64,000 bases of DNA, from positions 1 to 64,000 of the forward strand of contig OZ219866.1 of assembly GCA_964291675.2 (NCBI GenBank), written 5' to 3'. Source of the DNA: Alphaproteobacteria bacterium. GTDB lineage: Bacteria > Pseudomonadota > Alphaproteobacteria > MPNO01. The position numbers and the translations under genes are program-made. The notes under the pieces are model-generated. The model saw only the letters and a list, made by a program, of their open reading frames with translations. It did not search any database and was not told the origin of the DNA. Shown here piece after piece: positions 50,696 to 61,192 of the stretch; within the stretch, counting starts at the first letter, position 1; each line of letters opens with the position of its first letter.

Positions 50696-51607
50696 ATGCC
50701 CAGCCGCATCGCCGACATTGCCGTCCCGCCCCAGTGCCACGAGATGATCCGCACCGGCGCCCTCGTCGCCATCAACCACTCAGGCGGCAAGGACTCGCAA
50801 TCGATGACCATCCTGCTGTCCCGCATCGTGCCCGCCGGCCAGCTCGTCGCCGTCCACGCGCCGCTCGCCGAAGTCGAATGGGAAGGCGTCGTCCCGCATA
50901 TCGAGGCGACCCTGCCTGCCGGCGTGCCGCTCGTCATGGCGCCGGTTTCGTCCGGCAAGACCCTGCTCGAACGGGTCGAGGAACGCGGCCTCTGGCCCTC
51001 GAATTCAGCGCGGTGGTGTACCAGCGATTTCAAGGCCGGACCGATCCAGCGGGAGTTGCGCCGCTATCTGAGGGACCGCCCGCGCTTCGGCGGACGGCTC
51101 GTCAACGCCATGGGCATGCGCGCGGAGGAGAGTCCGGCGCGCGCCCGAAAGGCGCCGTGGAAGCGCAACGATCGGATGAGCGTCGCGGGCCGCGAGGTCT
51201 TCGACTGGCTTCCGGTGTTCGATCTTTCGACCGAGGACGTGTTCCGCGTCATCCGCGACGCCGGCCAGTCGCCGCACTGGGCCTACGCCGCGGGCATGTC
51301 GCGGCTGAGTTGCAGCTTCTGCATCCTCGCGTCCCGCGCCGATCTGCGCCGGGCGGCCGAACTCCGCCCCGAGCTCTACCGCACCTACGCGGCGCTTGAG
51401 CGACGCATCGGGCACACGCTCTCGCCCTCCGGCATTCCGCTGCCGGAACTGACGGGCATTTCGCCATTCGGGTCAGGCGACGGCGCAAACGCGCTGGATC
51501 TCGGCGGCCTCCGAACCCGGCCTGCGCCGGCGCGGCAGCGCCTCGCACGGCGCAGCGGCGTCAAGCCCCGGTGCTCACGGAGCGGAGCCGAGCAGGGGGC
51601 CGGGTGA
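50696..51607 (+). CDS. Phosphoadenosine phosphosulfate (PAPS) reductase-family protein, mobile-element type
   Basis: HSGGKDS PP-loop, RWCTSDFK, GMRAEES..R, MSRLSCSFCI. Confidence 0.85.
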   Translation: MPSRIADIAVPPQCHEMIRTGALVAINHSGGKDSQSMTILLSRIVPAGQLVAVHAPLAEVEWEGVVPHIEATLPAGVPLVMAPVSSGKTLLERVEERGLWPSNSARWCTSDFKAGPIQRELRRYLRDRPRFGGRLVNAMGMRAEESPARARKAPWKRNDRMSVAGREVFDWLPVFDLSTEDVFRVIRDAGQSPHWAYAAGMSRLSCSFCILASRADLRRAAELRPELYRTYAALERRIGHTLSPSGIPLPELTGISPFGSGDGANALDLGGLRTRPAPARQRLARRSGVKPRCSRSGAEQGAG

Positions 51608-51667
51608 CGGACGGTCGCCCGGAGGGTGTCCGGGCCGCGCCGCCTCCCCGCCATCCGGAGCACGCCC

Positions 51668-52693
51668 ATGACCCTTCCCGAAGCCATCTCCGCCGACTAC
51701 ACGCTGCGCCCGAGCGAGCTTGCCGAGGTGCTCGCCCTCCTGGTCGAAGCCCGCCAGCCGACCATGATCTGGGGGCCGCCCGGGTCGGCCAAGTCGATGA
51801 TCGCCCGGCAGATCGCCGGGGCCGCCAGCCGCTGGTATGTCGACGTCCGGGCGCTTCTACTCGACATTGTCGATCTGCGCGGCATCCCCTGGCGCGACCA
51901 GGACGGCCGCACACGCTGGGCGCCGCCTGTGTTCCTGCCGCCGTCGGACGACCCTGGCCTGTGGCTCATCAACCTTGAGGAGCTGCCGTCCGCGGTGCCG
52001 ATGGTGCAGGCGGCGCTCTACCAGCTCATGCTGGAGCGCAAGTGCGGCGAGTACGAGCTGCCCGAGGGCGCGTCGCTGATCGCCTGCGGCAACCGGGAGA
52101 ACGACCGTGGCGTCGTGCACCGCATGCCGGCGCCGCTCGCCAACCGTCTTGTCCATCTGGAGATCCGGGTCGACGCGAAGGACTGGTGCGCCTGGGCGGC
52201 CGCAAACGGAATCGCTCCGGAAGTTCTGTTCTTCATCGAATACGAGCCGGAGCTGCTGCACCAATTCGATCCGCAGTCGAAGGAGCATGCCTTCCCGAGC
52301 CCGAGGAGCTGGGAGTTCGCCAGCAACATCCTCAAGAACCGCAACGGGCTCGCCCCGGAGGTCGAGCGGACGCTGTTCCGGGGCACGGTGGGCGAGGCCG
52401 CGGCGGTCGAGTTCACGGCGTTCCTGAAGGTCTGCCGCGAGCTGCCCCACCCAAGGGCCGTCCTCGACGACCCCGGGAACGCCGACATCCCGGACAACGC
52501 CAGCGCGCTGATGGCGCTCTGCGGCTCGCTCTACCGCATGGCCTCCGACGTCAACATGGACGCCATCGTGACCTACGCGACCCGGCTCCGCCGGGAGGTG
52601 GGCGAGTCGCTCGTCAGCGCGTGCGTGCGCCGCGAGCCGGCCCTTCAGCGTTCGCCCGGCTTCATCCGCTGGGCGGCGGCGAAGACCCAGTGA
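51668..52693 (+). CDS. MoxR-like AAA+ ATPase
   Basis: WGPPGSAKS, DLRGIP, LEEL, ACGNR, LANRLVH, FPSPRSW. Confidence 0.9.
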   Translation: MTLPEAISADYTLRPSELAEVLALLVEARQPTMIWGPPGSAKSMIARQIAGAASRWYVDVRALLLDIVDLRGIPWRDQDGRTRWAPPVFLPPSDDPGLWLINLEELPSAVPMVQAALYQLMLERKCGEYELPEGASLIACGNRENDRGVVHRMPAPLANRLVHLEIRVDAKDWCAWAAANGIAPEVLFFIEYEPELLHQFDPQSKEHAFPSPRSWEFASNILKNRNGLAPEVERTLFRGTVGEAAAVEFTAFLKVCRELPHPRAVLDDPGNADIPDNASALMALCGSLYRMASDVNMDAIVTYATRLRREVGESLVSACVRREPALQRSPGFIRWAAAKTQ

Positions 52694-52704
52694 AGGAGAA
52701 CGCC

Positions 52705-52839
52705 ATGACCTGGTGGGTCACGCACTACCCGGCGGGGGATGCCCCGTCGCGCAGGTACGCCGTGAGGGCGCCGAGCTTCGACGCGGCGGCGCGGAAGCTC
52801 GCCGCCTTTCTCGACGTCCCCGTGTGGACGCTCCGCTAA
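52705..52839 (+). CDS. 44-aa hypothetical protein
   Basis: AAGGAGA RBS; fills the gap inside the operon. Confidence 0.5.
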   Translation: MTWWVTHYPAGDAPSRRYAVRAPSFDAAARKLAAFLDVPVWTLR

Positions 52840-52856
52840 CCCGAGAGGAGGATTTC

Positions 52857-53771
52857 ATGGATTTGAACCGCGACGCCATGCTGGTCGGGCTGCACATCGC
52901 CGCCTGGTCCGGCCGGCTCTACGACCGCCAGGCGAGTGACCATGTCGCCGTCGCCCACGAAGCCTCGACTGGCGCCGGGCGCTACAACAAGCGCCTGCTG
53001 CCCAAGGCCGCCTTCGCCGCGCTGACCGCCACCATGAGCGAGGCGAGGACGAAGCACTACGCCAACTCGCTTCCCTGGGACGACAAGGGCGCGCGGCTGC
53101 TCACCGTGGCCAACTACGAGCACTACACGGAGCTGATGGACGGCCTGCGCGAGCGGGTGGTGCGCCAGCGCGCCCGCTTCATCGAGGACTACGACGACTA
53201 CATCGACCAGGCTCGCCTCGACCTCGGCAAGCTCTTCCGCATCGAGGACTACCCCTCGAAGGAAGCTCTCCAGGGCAAGTTCGCCATCCACTACCGCATC
53301 ACCCCGGTGCCGGACGCCGACCACTTCATCGCGCAGCTCGCCTCCGACGACACCGAGCGGGTGAAGCGCGACATCGAGCGCCATGTCGAGGAACAGCTCC
53401 ACGGCGCGGTGGGCGACCTCTACCGCCGCTTCGGCGAGGCCGTCGAGCGCGTCTCCGAGCGGCTGCGGGAGGACGACGAGGGCAAGCCGCTGGTGTTCCG
53501 GGACACGATGATCTCGAACATCCGCGACCTGGTGGACGTGGTGCCGCGTCTCAACATCTTCGGCGACGACGAGCTCGCCAGTCTCTGCGCGCAGGTGAAG
53601 GACAAGATCGCGAGCGTGGAGCCCGACGCGCTCCGGCCGTCCAAGACCTTCGACCCGGCGGCCCGGGCGCAGGTCAAGCGCGACGCCGACGAGCTCGCGG
53701 AGAAGTTCGCGGGGTATTTCGGACGACGCGCGGAAGAGCCCGCCGAAGAGTCGGTGCGGGAGGCCGCCTGA
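52857..53771 (+). CDS. DUF3150-like helical protein of AAA/vWA operons
   Basis: WSGRLYD..YNKRLL..SLPWDDKGARLL..DYPS..FRDT..LNI; position between AAA and vWA genes. Confidence 0.65.
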   Translation: MDLNRDAMLVGLHIAAWSGRLYDRQASDHVAVAHEASTGAGRYNKRLLPKAAFAALTATMSEARTKHYANSLPWDDKGARLLTVANYEHYTELMDGLRERVVRQRARFIEDYDDYIDQARLDLGKLFRIEDYPSKEALQGKFAIHYRITPVPDADHFIAQLASDDTERVKRDIERHVEEQLHGAVGDLYRRFGEAVERVSERLREDDEGKPLVFRDTMISNIRDLVDVVPRLNIFGDDELASLCAQVKDKIASVEPDALRPSKTFDPAARAQVKRDADELAEKFAGYFGRRAEEPAEESVREAA

Positions 53772-55186
53772 TGGCCGCCCGCGTGCTCAGCGAGTCGGCT
53801 CTGCGAGTCAGCGACTGCGTGACGGAGCTGCTGCGCAAGCAGCCCTTCTTCGGGAGCCTCGTCTTGAGGCTCCCGCTCCGGCCCGATCCGAGCCGGGAGA
53901 CGCTGGCGACGGACGGCCACGAGATCCGCTATTCGCCCCGCTGGGTGGCGGAGACCGAGGCGCACCTGATCGAGACCGCGATGGCGCGGGTGGTGATGGC
54001 CTGCGCTCTGAAGCACCACACGCGGCGGGGCGATCGGGACCCGGAGCGCTGGCAGATGGCCTCGCAGCTCGTCACCCATGCGCTCATCCGCGACGCCGGG
54101 TTCACGCTGCCTCCCGATGCCGAAGCCTGGGACGACCTCAGCGTCGAGCAGGCGTACGACCGCCTGCCGGCGCCCGGGGACGGCGATACCGGGGACGACG
54201 GCGACGCATCCTCCGGCGCCGGCGCCTCGGGTGCCGCCGAAGCTGCGCAATCCCCACCCAACGACGGTGACGGCGATAACGAAAGCACCGGCGACCCGTC
54301 CGATGCCACCGATGACGGCGACGGCCAGGACTCAGGCGGCGGTTCAGACGGCGACACCGAGGGTGATGGCGCGGACGGCCAGAAGCCGGATGGCAACGGT
54401 GGGGACGGCAAAGAACAGGGCGGGGACGGCGCCTCCGATGCGCCGCCGAGCCACGATCCGTCCGGCACGGGCGAGGTCATGGACGCGAGCGCGCGGGCCA
54501 GCAGTGACGAGGAATCCGCCGAAACCCCGGTGGACGTTGCCGCCGAAGAGCAGGCCTGGGACGAGGCGATGCACCAGGCGCTCAACATCGCACGCGCCGA
54601 GGGCAAGGTGCCGGGGCAGGTCGAGGAGACGGTGAAGGGCGCCCATGCCAGCACGCTTGACTGGCGCACGCTGCTGCGGCGCTACATGACCGACGCAGCG
54701 AAGAGCGACTATTCGTGGAGCCTGCCCAACCGGCGCTTGATCGACTCCGGCCTCTACCTGCCCTCGATCCGCTCCGAGGGCATGGACACCATCGCCGTCA
54801 TCGTCGACACGTCGGGCTCGCTTCCCGCCGAGACCCTGGCCGCGTTCTGGGCCGAGCTGCGCGAGGTTGCGGCCGAGATCCGCCCCGAGAGCGTCGTCGT
54901 GCTCCAGGTCGATGCCGCCGTGCAGGACGCGGCGGTGTACGCACCCGACGAGCTTCCCGACGAGATCGTCGTCAAGGGCCGGGGCGGCACCGACTTCCGG
55001 CCGGGCTTCGAGTGGCTCGACGAGCAGGAAATCCGCCCGGCGGTGTGCCTCTACTTCACGGACATGGAGTGCTCCAGCTACCCCGACGCGGAGCCGCCAT
55101 TCGATGTGATCTTCTGCAACTGGAGCGACCCGCCCGAGGACTGGAACCGCGAGCCCTGGGGCGAGCGCATCGACATCGCCGCCTGA
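53771..55186 (+). CDS. DUF2201 metallopeptidase-like plus vWA protein
   Basis: PFFGSL, TLATDG, acidic linker, DYSW..PNRR, VDTSGS, GRGGTDFRP, YFTD. Confidence 0.88.
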   Translation: MAARVLSESALRVSDCVTELLRKQPFFGSLVLRLPLRPDPSRETLATDGHEIRYSPRWVAETEAHLIETAMARVVMACALKHHTRRGDRDPERWQMASQLVTHALIRDAGFTLPPDAEAWDDLSVEQAYDRLPAPGDGDTGDDGDASSGAGASGAAEAAQSPPNDGDGDNESTGDPSDATDDGDGQDSGGGSDGDTEGDGADGQKPDGNGGDGKEQGGDGASDAPPSHDPSGTGEVMDASARASSDEESAETPVDVAAEEQAWDEAMHQALNIARAEGKVPGQVEETVKGAHASTLDWRTLLRRYMTDAAKSDYSWSLPNRRLIDSGLYLPSIRSEGMDTIAVIVDTSGSLPAETLAAFWAELREVAAEIRPESVVVLQVDAAVQDAAVYAPDELPDEIVVKGRGGTDFRPGFEWLDEQEIRPAVCLYFTDMECSSYPDAEPPFDVIFCNWSDPPEDWNREPWGERIDIAA

Positions 55187-55252
55187 GTACGCCGGTCCGG
55201 CGGCTCGCGCCCCGCCGTCCCATTCCGCCCCACCGCCCGAGGAGCGACCGCC

Positions 55253-55909
55253 ATGCTGACCGTCCACCCGTCGCCCGAAGCAATCCGCCTCGCCATGTCA
55301 CGGATCGAACGCGCCATGGCCGACTGCGGCGGCGATGGCGAGGCCCCCATGGACTGGGGGATCGTCCACCGCCATGGCTGCCGCACCACCGCCTGCCACG
55401 GCGGCTGGTATGCGCTCGGCCGCCTGATCGACCATCCCGATATTCGCTGGCGCCACGACGAGACCTTCTACAGCGACCCCGGCGAGACCATGATGGCGCT
55501 CAGGCAGGACGGGCAGCTCGCCCATGTGATGTACCACGAGGGGGCGCACATGCTCGCGCGCGACCTCGGCTTCATGAACGCCCCCGCGCTGAAGGGCTGG
55601 GCCGAGCGGCATCCGGAGGTCTGGGGCAACCGCCACGGCGAGCGCATGTTCGCGGGCGACGGGGCGGTGGCGTTCGGCAAGCCGCCCTATACGCCGATCC
55701 TGGTGAGCGAGATCGTCGCCTGGTGGCGCGCGGTCTCGGACCGGCTCGACGCGGCGATCCCGGTCCATTCCGGGCAGACGGACGCGCTGGCCACGCTCAA
55801 GCCTCACGATCGCGCGATGCGGGACACCATCGCGGTCGAGCCCTGCGCCGGCGGCCACCGGCTTGTCCAGCGGCCCCGCCCGGTGAATCCGCTGTCGCTT
55901 CAGCCCTGA
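55253..55909 (+). CDS. Hypothetical protein
   Basis: GAGGAG RBS; HGCRTTACHGGW; PEVWGN. Confidence 0.65.
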   Translation: MLTVHPSPEAIRLAMSRIERAMADCGGDGEAPMDWGIVHRHGCRTTACHGGWYALGRLIDHPDIRWRHDETFYSDPGETMMALRQDGQLAHVMYHEGAHMLARDLGFMNAPALKGWAERHPEVWGNRHGERMFAGDGAVAFGKPPYTPILVSEIVAWWRAVSDRLDAAIPVHSGQTDALATLKPHDRAMRDTIAVEPCAGGHRLVQRPRPVNPLSLQP

Positions 55910-56083
55910 TCCCTTCCCCCAAGGCCACGGCCGGCACCGCCATCCCACCGCCACGCCCCACGCTTGCCCGCCACGCCGCCAGGAGGCGGAGCGGGGCGGT
56001 GGTCCGGGCGGCGCGGACGGGGCGGCGGGAGCCGTTCCCCGACTCCGCTTCCGTCTTTTCACACACCACCGAGGGAGGTTCGC

Positions 56084-58474
56084 ATGAACCGCATCGCCCC
56101 CAGGCCCGAGACGCTCATCCGGGAGATCCCGCTCTCCCGGCTCGCGCTCGCGCCCGAGAACGTCCGCAAGACCCCGCCCGATCCGCAGGCCGACGCCGCG
56201 CTCAAGGCCTCGATCGCCGCCATCGACCTGATGGAGAACCTGGTCGTCCGCCCGGACGAGCCCGCCCAGAATGGCGCCGAACGCTACGCCGTGGTCGCCG
56301 GCGGGCGCCGCCTCAAGGCCATGCAGGCGCTGGTCGAGGACAAGGTGTTCGACGCCGACCATCCGGTACCCTGCCAGGTGAGGACCGGCGACGCCGAGCC
56401 CTCCGAACTCTCGCTCGCCGAGAACGTCATCCGCATCGCCATGCATCCCGCCGATCAGGTGGTCGCTTTCTCCGAGCTCGCCAGGACCGGCCAGTCGGTC
56501 TCCGCCATCGCGGTGCGTTTCGGCGCGTCCGAGCGCATCGTCGAGCAGCGGCTCCGCCTCGGCAACGCCGCCCCCGAGCTGCTGGACGCCTACCGGGCCG
56601 ACGAGATCGGCCTGGAGGTGCTGAAGGCCTTCGCCGTCACCGCCGACCGGGAGCGCCAGATGGCGGTCTGGGAGCAGGTCTCCGGCCAGCCCTACCGCCC
56701 GTCGGCCGCGCAGGTGAAGCGGCTCCTGACCGAGGAGCGCGTGCCGGGCGGCACCGCGATCGCCCGGTTCGTGGGCGTCGACGCCTACGAGGGCGCCGGC
56801 GGCGCGGTCATGCGCGACCTGTTCGCCGAGGAATACGAGCACGGCGTCTGGTTCGAGGACCCGGTGCTGCTGGAGACGCTCGCCATGGCGAAGCTCCAGG
56901 CGGCGGCCGACGAACTCGCAACCCGCTGGAAGTGGGCGGTGCCGATGATCGAGGCCGGGTGGGACGACACCGCCTCCTACGGCCGCATCGAGCCGCAGGC
57001 CGGCGTCGCCACCGACGACGAGCGGGCCGAGATCGAGAAGCTGGCGGCTCGCTACGACGAGATCCGCGGCCTCGACGAGGACGAGCTGACCGACGCCGTG
57101 ATCGAGGAGGCCGAGCGCATCGAGGCCCGCCTCGACGAGATCGAGGGCGCCGTCGAGGCTCGCGCCATGTGGCGGCGCGAGGACTTCGCGATGGCCGGCT
57201 GCATCGCCACGATCGGCCGCGATGGCGAACTCCAGGTCATTGCCGGGCTGGTCAAGCCCGAGGACATGCCGAAGCCGGATCAGTCCGGCGACGCGGCAGC
57301 GCAGGCCGGCAACGGCCACGACCCGGACGCAGCCACCGTCGGGGTCCACACCACCGGCCATGCCGTTCACACGGCCGCCCCGTCCATCGCCCAGCCCGTG
57401 GCGGGGCCGAGGGACCGCGAGGCCGAGGCGCGCAAGGAGGCGGGCGTCGGCATCGGGCTCGCCGACGACCAGCGCGCGATCCGCACTGCGCTGGTAAAGG
57501 CGTATCTCGCCGGAGACTTCCCGGCTTCCTTCGACCTCATGCTGTTCCAGATGGGCCGCGCGGTGTTCACGCCGGGCTACAGCGACCACGCCCTCGACAT
57601 CGCGGTCAAGGAGACCCCGGACCGGCCCAACACCCGGATGAACGACGCCGAATTCGCGGACTGGTCGCCGGGCGAGGCCATGCTGGAGGACCGCTCGCAC
57701 CTGTCGTTCGACTGGCTGGAGATCGAGGACGACGGCGAGTCCTTCGCCGCGCTCAGGGCGCTGCCCCAGGCCGACAAGGAGGCGCTGTTCGCGGCCTGCG
57801 TCGCGAGGACGGTGAAGGGCCAGCTCGCCTTCGAGCCCCAGGCGCGGCCCGAGCTCGAAGCCACCATCGCCCGGCTCGACATCGACTTCGCGAAGCACAT
57901 CCGGCCCACGGCGGCCATGTACTGGTCGCGGATCAACAAGAGCCGCGTCCTCGACATCGCCCGCACGGTGTTCGGCCTGGCCTGGGCGTCGGCGCGGTCG
58001 AAGTACAAGAAGCCGGCGCTGGCCGAGGCGATGGAGGCCGCCTTCGCCGCCGGCGAGCCGCCCGTCGGCGTGAGCGCCACGATGCACGCCAAGGCGCTCG
58101 CCTGGGTCCCGACCGGCTTTGCGGCCTTCGACACCGGCCGGACGGTCGCAGACGCCGAGGACACGGCGGCCGATACTGCCGGGACCGAGCCGAAGGGCGA
58201 GGCGAAGACCGCGGAACCCGCCGCCGATACCGGAACCGCGCCGCCGGCCCCCGACGGCAACGGCCACGCGCCGGCGCCCGAAGCCGGGCCGTCCAACGGG
58301 GATGCTGCCGGTGCCGATGAAGGCAACGCCGGCGAGACCGATCCCGACCCGGCCGTCGCGGGCGGGCCGGACGGCCTCGACGCAACCGGACCTGTTCCTC
58401 CGGTTCCGGCCAACGGCCACGACGCCATCCCGGACCCGATGGAGATCCCCGAGTTCCTCCGCCGCGTCCAGTAG
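56084..58474 (+). CDS. ParB N-terminal domain protein (long ICE/plasmid type)
   Basis: IPLSRL..ENVRK..YAVVAGGRRLKA..SLAEN..MHPAD, HTH. Confidence 0.9.
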   Translation: MNRIAPRPETLIREIPLSRLALAPENVRKTPPDPQADAALKASIAAIDLMENLVVRPDEPAQNGAERYAVVAGGRRLKAMQALVEDKVFDADHPVPCQVRTGDAEPSELSLAENVIRIAMHPADQVVAFSELARTGQSVSAIAVRFGASERIVEQRLRLGNAAPELLDAYRADEIGLEVLKAFAVTADRERQMAVWEQVSGQPYRPSAAQVKRLLTEERVPGGTAIARFVGVDAYEGAGGAVMRDLFAEEYEHGVWFEDPVLLETLAMAKLQAAADELATRWKWAVPMIEAGWDDTASYGRIEPQAGVATDDERAEIEKLAARYDEIRGLDEDELTDAVIEEAERIEARLDEIEGAVEARAMWRREDFAMAGCIATIGRDGELQVIAGLVKPEDMPKPDQSGDAAAQAGNGHDPDAATVGVHTTGHAVHTAAPSIAQPVAGPRDREAEARKEAGVGIGLADDQRAIRTALVKAYLAGDFPASFDLMLFQMGRAVFTPGYSDHALDIAVKETPDRPNTRMNDAEFADWSPGEAMLEDRSHLSFDWLEIEDDGESFAALRALPQADKEALFAACVARTVKGQLAFEPQARPELEATIARLDIDFAKHIRPTAAMYWSRINKSRVLDIARTVFGLAWASARSKYKKPALAEAMEAAFAAGEPPVGVSATMHAKALAWVPTGFAAFDTGRTVADAEDTAADTAGTEPKGEAKTAEPAADTGTAPPAPDGNGHAPAPEAGPSNGDAAGADEGNAGETDPDPAVAGGPDGLDATGPVPPVPANGHDAIPDPMEIPEFLRRVQ

Positions 58475-58489
58475 CCGTCCCGCCCCGAT

Positions 58490-58530
58490 GAAACGCCCCG
58501 TCCGGCATCCCGACGCCGGCGGGGCGTTTC
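58490..58530. other. GC-rich intergenic hairpin
   Basis: GAAACGCCCCG..CCGGC..GCCGG-CGGGGCGTTTC. Confidence 0.7.
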
Positions 58531-58560
58531 CGATTCCGCATTGCTCACGGAGGTCCGCCC

Positions 58561-60321
58561 ATGAACCGCACGATCCGCGCCCGCATCCACGAGAGCGCCG
58601 TGAAGCGGGTCACACGCATCTACGCCGCCACCCTTTCCGAAATTCTGGTCGAGGCGCTGCAAAACTCACGCCGTGCCGACGCCGCACGGGTGCGTATTTC
58701 GGTTGCCATGCCCACCCCCCGCCCTGGCGAAACCGCCGCCGCGACGGGCGAGCCGCCCCTCACCGTCACCGTTTCGGACGACGGCTCGGGCATCGCCGAT
58801 CCGGCCGTCCTGCTCAGCTTCGGCGAAAACGGCTGGAACGACGCCCTCGTCCGGCGCGAGGACGCCGCCGGGTTCGGCTTCGCCAGCCTCGCGCGGCGCA
58901 ACTGCGCCGTCTCGTCCCGGCCGCGCTCTCCGGACGGCCAGCTATTGCCCGGCTGGCGCGTCACGCTGGAACCGGCGCATTTTCTCGGCGAGGCCGAGGC
59001 CGCGGTGCAGGCCCACGACGAGGCCCCGTATCCCTGCGGGACGGCGATTTCGTTCCAGGCAACCGAGCCCGCCGCCGCGATCCGCAATGCCGCCGGGAAC
59101 GCCGCTCGCCATTATCCGCTGCCGGTCGTGTTCGAGGATCGCACCGATGGCGATGCTCCCGCCGAAGAGCTGCCCCGCCGCGCCTTCCTCGACGGCGCCG
59201 TCCACGCCGAGCGATGGCGCGGCCTCGTGTTCGGGGTCTTCAGGAACCGCCATTGCGGCTACAGGGACCCCGACCTCAACTTCTTCGGCCTGACCCTCAC
59301 GGTCGGACTGCCGACGGTCGAGACCGTCCACGGCCCGGCCTGGACCGTGCTGGCGGACGTGGACGACTGCCCCGACCTCGAGCTGGTGCTGCCGGCCCGC
59401 AAGGAGGCGGTCGAGAACGCCTTCCTCGAAGAGATGCGCGAGGCGGCCCGCCTGGCGATCTACCGCGCCATGGCCGCCGATCCCAATCCGCGCCCGTCCT
59501 TCGAGGACCGCAAGCGCGCCCACGAGGCCGATATCGACATCGCCCCGCCGCCGCCCGTGCTCCGGCCCTGGCGTCCCGGCACGGCGGACGTCGAGGACTG
59601 GCGGGAGCCTCCGAAGCTCGCCCAGGCCGGCGAGGACGCGCTCATCATGGACTGCGACCCCGAGCCGCCCGAGGCCCAGACGCTCTGGCGCGCCGCCGAA
59701 CGGGGCGGAATTGCTCCCCGCCTGTTCGAGGCCGACCGCCGTCTCGAAGGCTACGCCTGGTACGACGCGATCGAGCGCGTCAACCGCCTCCGCACGGAAG
59801 TCACCGCCGGCAGGCGGCCCTATCCGCTCGACAAGTATCCCGTGCCGGACCGCACCGGCGGTCCCGTGGCGCCGCTGCCGCAGCGGCCCGACGCGATCCG
59901 CCTCGGCCTCACCGTCCGGACCGGCAAGGGGGTGGGGCGCATGGTCGACCTCGCCGCCGATCTCGCCTTCGCCGGCGAGGCGTGGTCCTGGGTGGGCGAC
60001 GCCCTGCCGCTGGTGACCGCAAGCACCGATCTCGAGCCCTGGCAGCTCGCGCAGATCATGCGCGCAGCCTTCTTCAGCCCGAGCGACGACGCGGACGCGG
60101 ACTCGTGGGAACGCCAGCGCGACGTCTTCGACCAGGAAGCCCTCCACATCGCGACCAAGCTTCTGGTCTCCGACGACGAGGCGCGGCGCACCTCCATCGC
60201 CGATGCCGTCGCCCGCGAGCTCTTCTGGCTCATTCCTCACGATCGCGGCGTCGACATCGCGGTGCGGGACCGCAAAGTCACGGTCACGCTGGGCGAGCCC
60301 GCCGGGGAGGCCGCGCCGTGA
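58561..60321 (+). CDS. GHKL (HATPase_c) ATPase domain protein
   Basis: EALQNSRRA, VSDDGSGI, AGFGFASL, GT motifs. Confidence 0.82.
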   Translation: MNRTIRARIHESAVKRVTRIYAATLSEILVEALQNSRRADAARVRISVAMPTPRPGETAAATGEPPLTVTVSDDGSGIADPAVLLSFGENGWNDALVRREDAAGFGFASLARRNCAVSSRPRSPDGQLLPGWRVTLEPAHFLGEAEAAVQAHDEAPYPCGTAISFQATEPAAAIRNAAGNAARHYPLPVVFEDRTDGDAPAEELPRRAFLDGAVHAERWRGLVFGVFRNRHCGYRDPDLNFFGLTLTVGLPTVETVHGPAWTVLADVDDCPDLELVLPARKEAVENAFLEEMREAARLAIYRAMAADPNPRPSFEDRKRAHEADIDIAPPPPVLRPWRPGTADVEDWREPPKLAQAGEDALIMDCDPEPPEAQTLWRAAERGGIAPRLFEADRRLEGYAWYDAIERVNRLRTEVTAGRRPYPLDKYPVPDRTGGPVAPLPQRPDAIRLGLTVRTGKGVGRMVDLAADLAFAGEAWSWVGDALPLVTASTDLEPWQLAQIMRAAFFSPSDDADADSWERQRDVFDQEALHIATKLLVSDDEARRTSIADAVARELFWLIPHDRGVDIAVRDRKVTVTLGEPAGEAAP

Positions 60322-60800
60322 CCAGGGCCTGGACCGTTCAACTCGCCTACGCGGCGTATTACGGGGCGACGGTCACCGTCGAGGCCGAGACGCTGGAAGA
60401 CGCGATCCCGGCCGCCATCCGGTATGCCGACGACAACGAGCGCTGGAAGGACACCGACCACGTCGCCGATCCCTTCTGCGCCGCAGCCTGCGAGGGCGCC
60501 GACGCCGATCCGTGGAACGGCGAGACCTCGGTCCCCATCCCCGACCGCTTCAGCGAGCGCGGCGAGCCGCCCGTCGTCATGGTGACCGACCCGGCGAAGC
60601 CCGGCGGCGGGATCGAGGTCGTGCGCGGGCGGGTGCTGCTCCGTTTCAGGGACGATGCCGGAACCGTCACCGCCGAAGTGACGGACCCGCCGCATCCGCC
60701 CGCCAACAAGCCGCACATCACCGTGTCGCTCGACGCCCGCGGCAAACCCCACGCCGAGGTCCGCCACGGCAGGGCCATCGTCCGCATCCTCGACCGCTAG
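60318..60800 (+). CDS. Hypothetical protein coupled to the GHKL gene
   Basis: GTGA overlap; VTVEAETLEDAI..SVPIPDRFSE. Confidence 0.7.
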   Translation: MTRAWTVQLAYAAYYGATVTVEAETLEDAIPAAIRYADDNERWKDTDHVADPFCAAACEGADADPWNGETSVPIPDRFSERGEPPVVMVTDPAKPGGGIEVVRGRVLLRFRDDAGTVTAEVTDPPHPPANKPHITVSLDARGKPHAEVRHGRAIVRILDR

Positions 60801-60949
60801 GTCTCCGGCTCCGCCCCCGTCCCGGCTGCCGCCGGCACCGGCTTCTCTCCACTCGGAGGCGGGGCCGGCCTCATCAGGACGACCGAGGCCCGGGGCGCGA
60901 GCGCGTCCCGGGTCTTCGGCATCCCGCAACCCGCAACAGGAATCCCGCC

Positions 60950-61192
60950 ATGACACCCCAACCCGCCCACGTCCCGCGGACCGCCGCGTCCGCGCCGCCG
61001 CCCGCTCCGGCTTCCGATCCGGGGAACTCCGACGACGCGGCGCAGAAGGACGCCATCGCCCGCGCCGTCTGGACCGACCTGCTCTGGCTGATGCCTCGGG
61101 ACCGCACCGTCACCGTCACGGTGCGCGACGGCACCGTCGCGGTGGAGCTCGGTCCGACGGAGCCGGACCCGGCAACGTCCTCCCACGCCTGA
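60950..61192 (+). CDS. Small protein resembling the GHKL protein C-terminus
   Basis: AIARAVWTDLLWLMPRDRTVTVTVRDGTVAVELG versus SIADAVARELFWLIPHDRGVDIAVRDRKVTVTLG. Confidence 0.6.
   Translation: MTPQPAHVPRTAASAPPPAPASDPGNSDDAAQKDAIARAVWTDLLWLMPRDRTVTVTVRDGTVAVELGPTEPDPATSSHA

Noticed and set aside
50696-51607. Dnd/Ssp phosphorothioation system or cysH sulfate assimilation
   Set aside because: No dndD/E, sspBC or cys genes nearby
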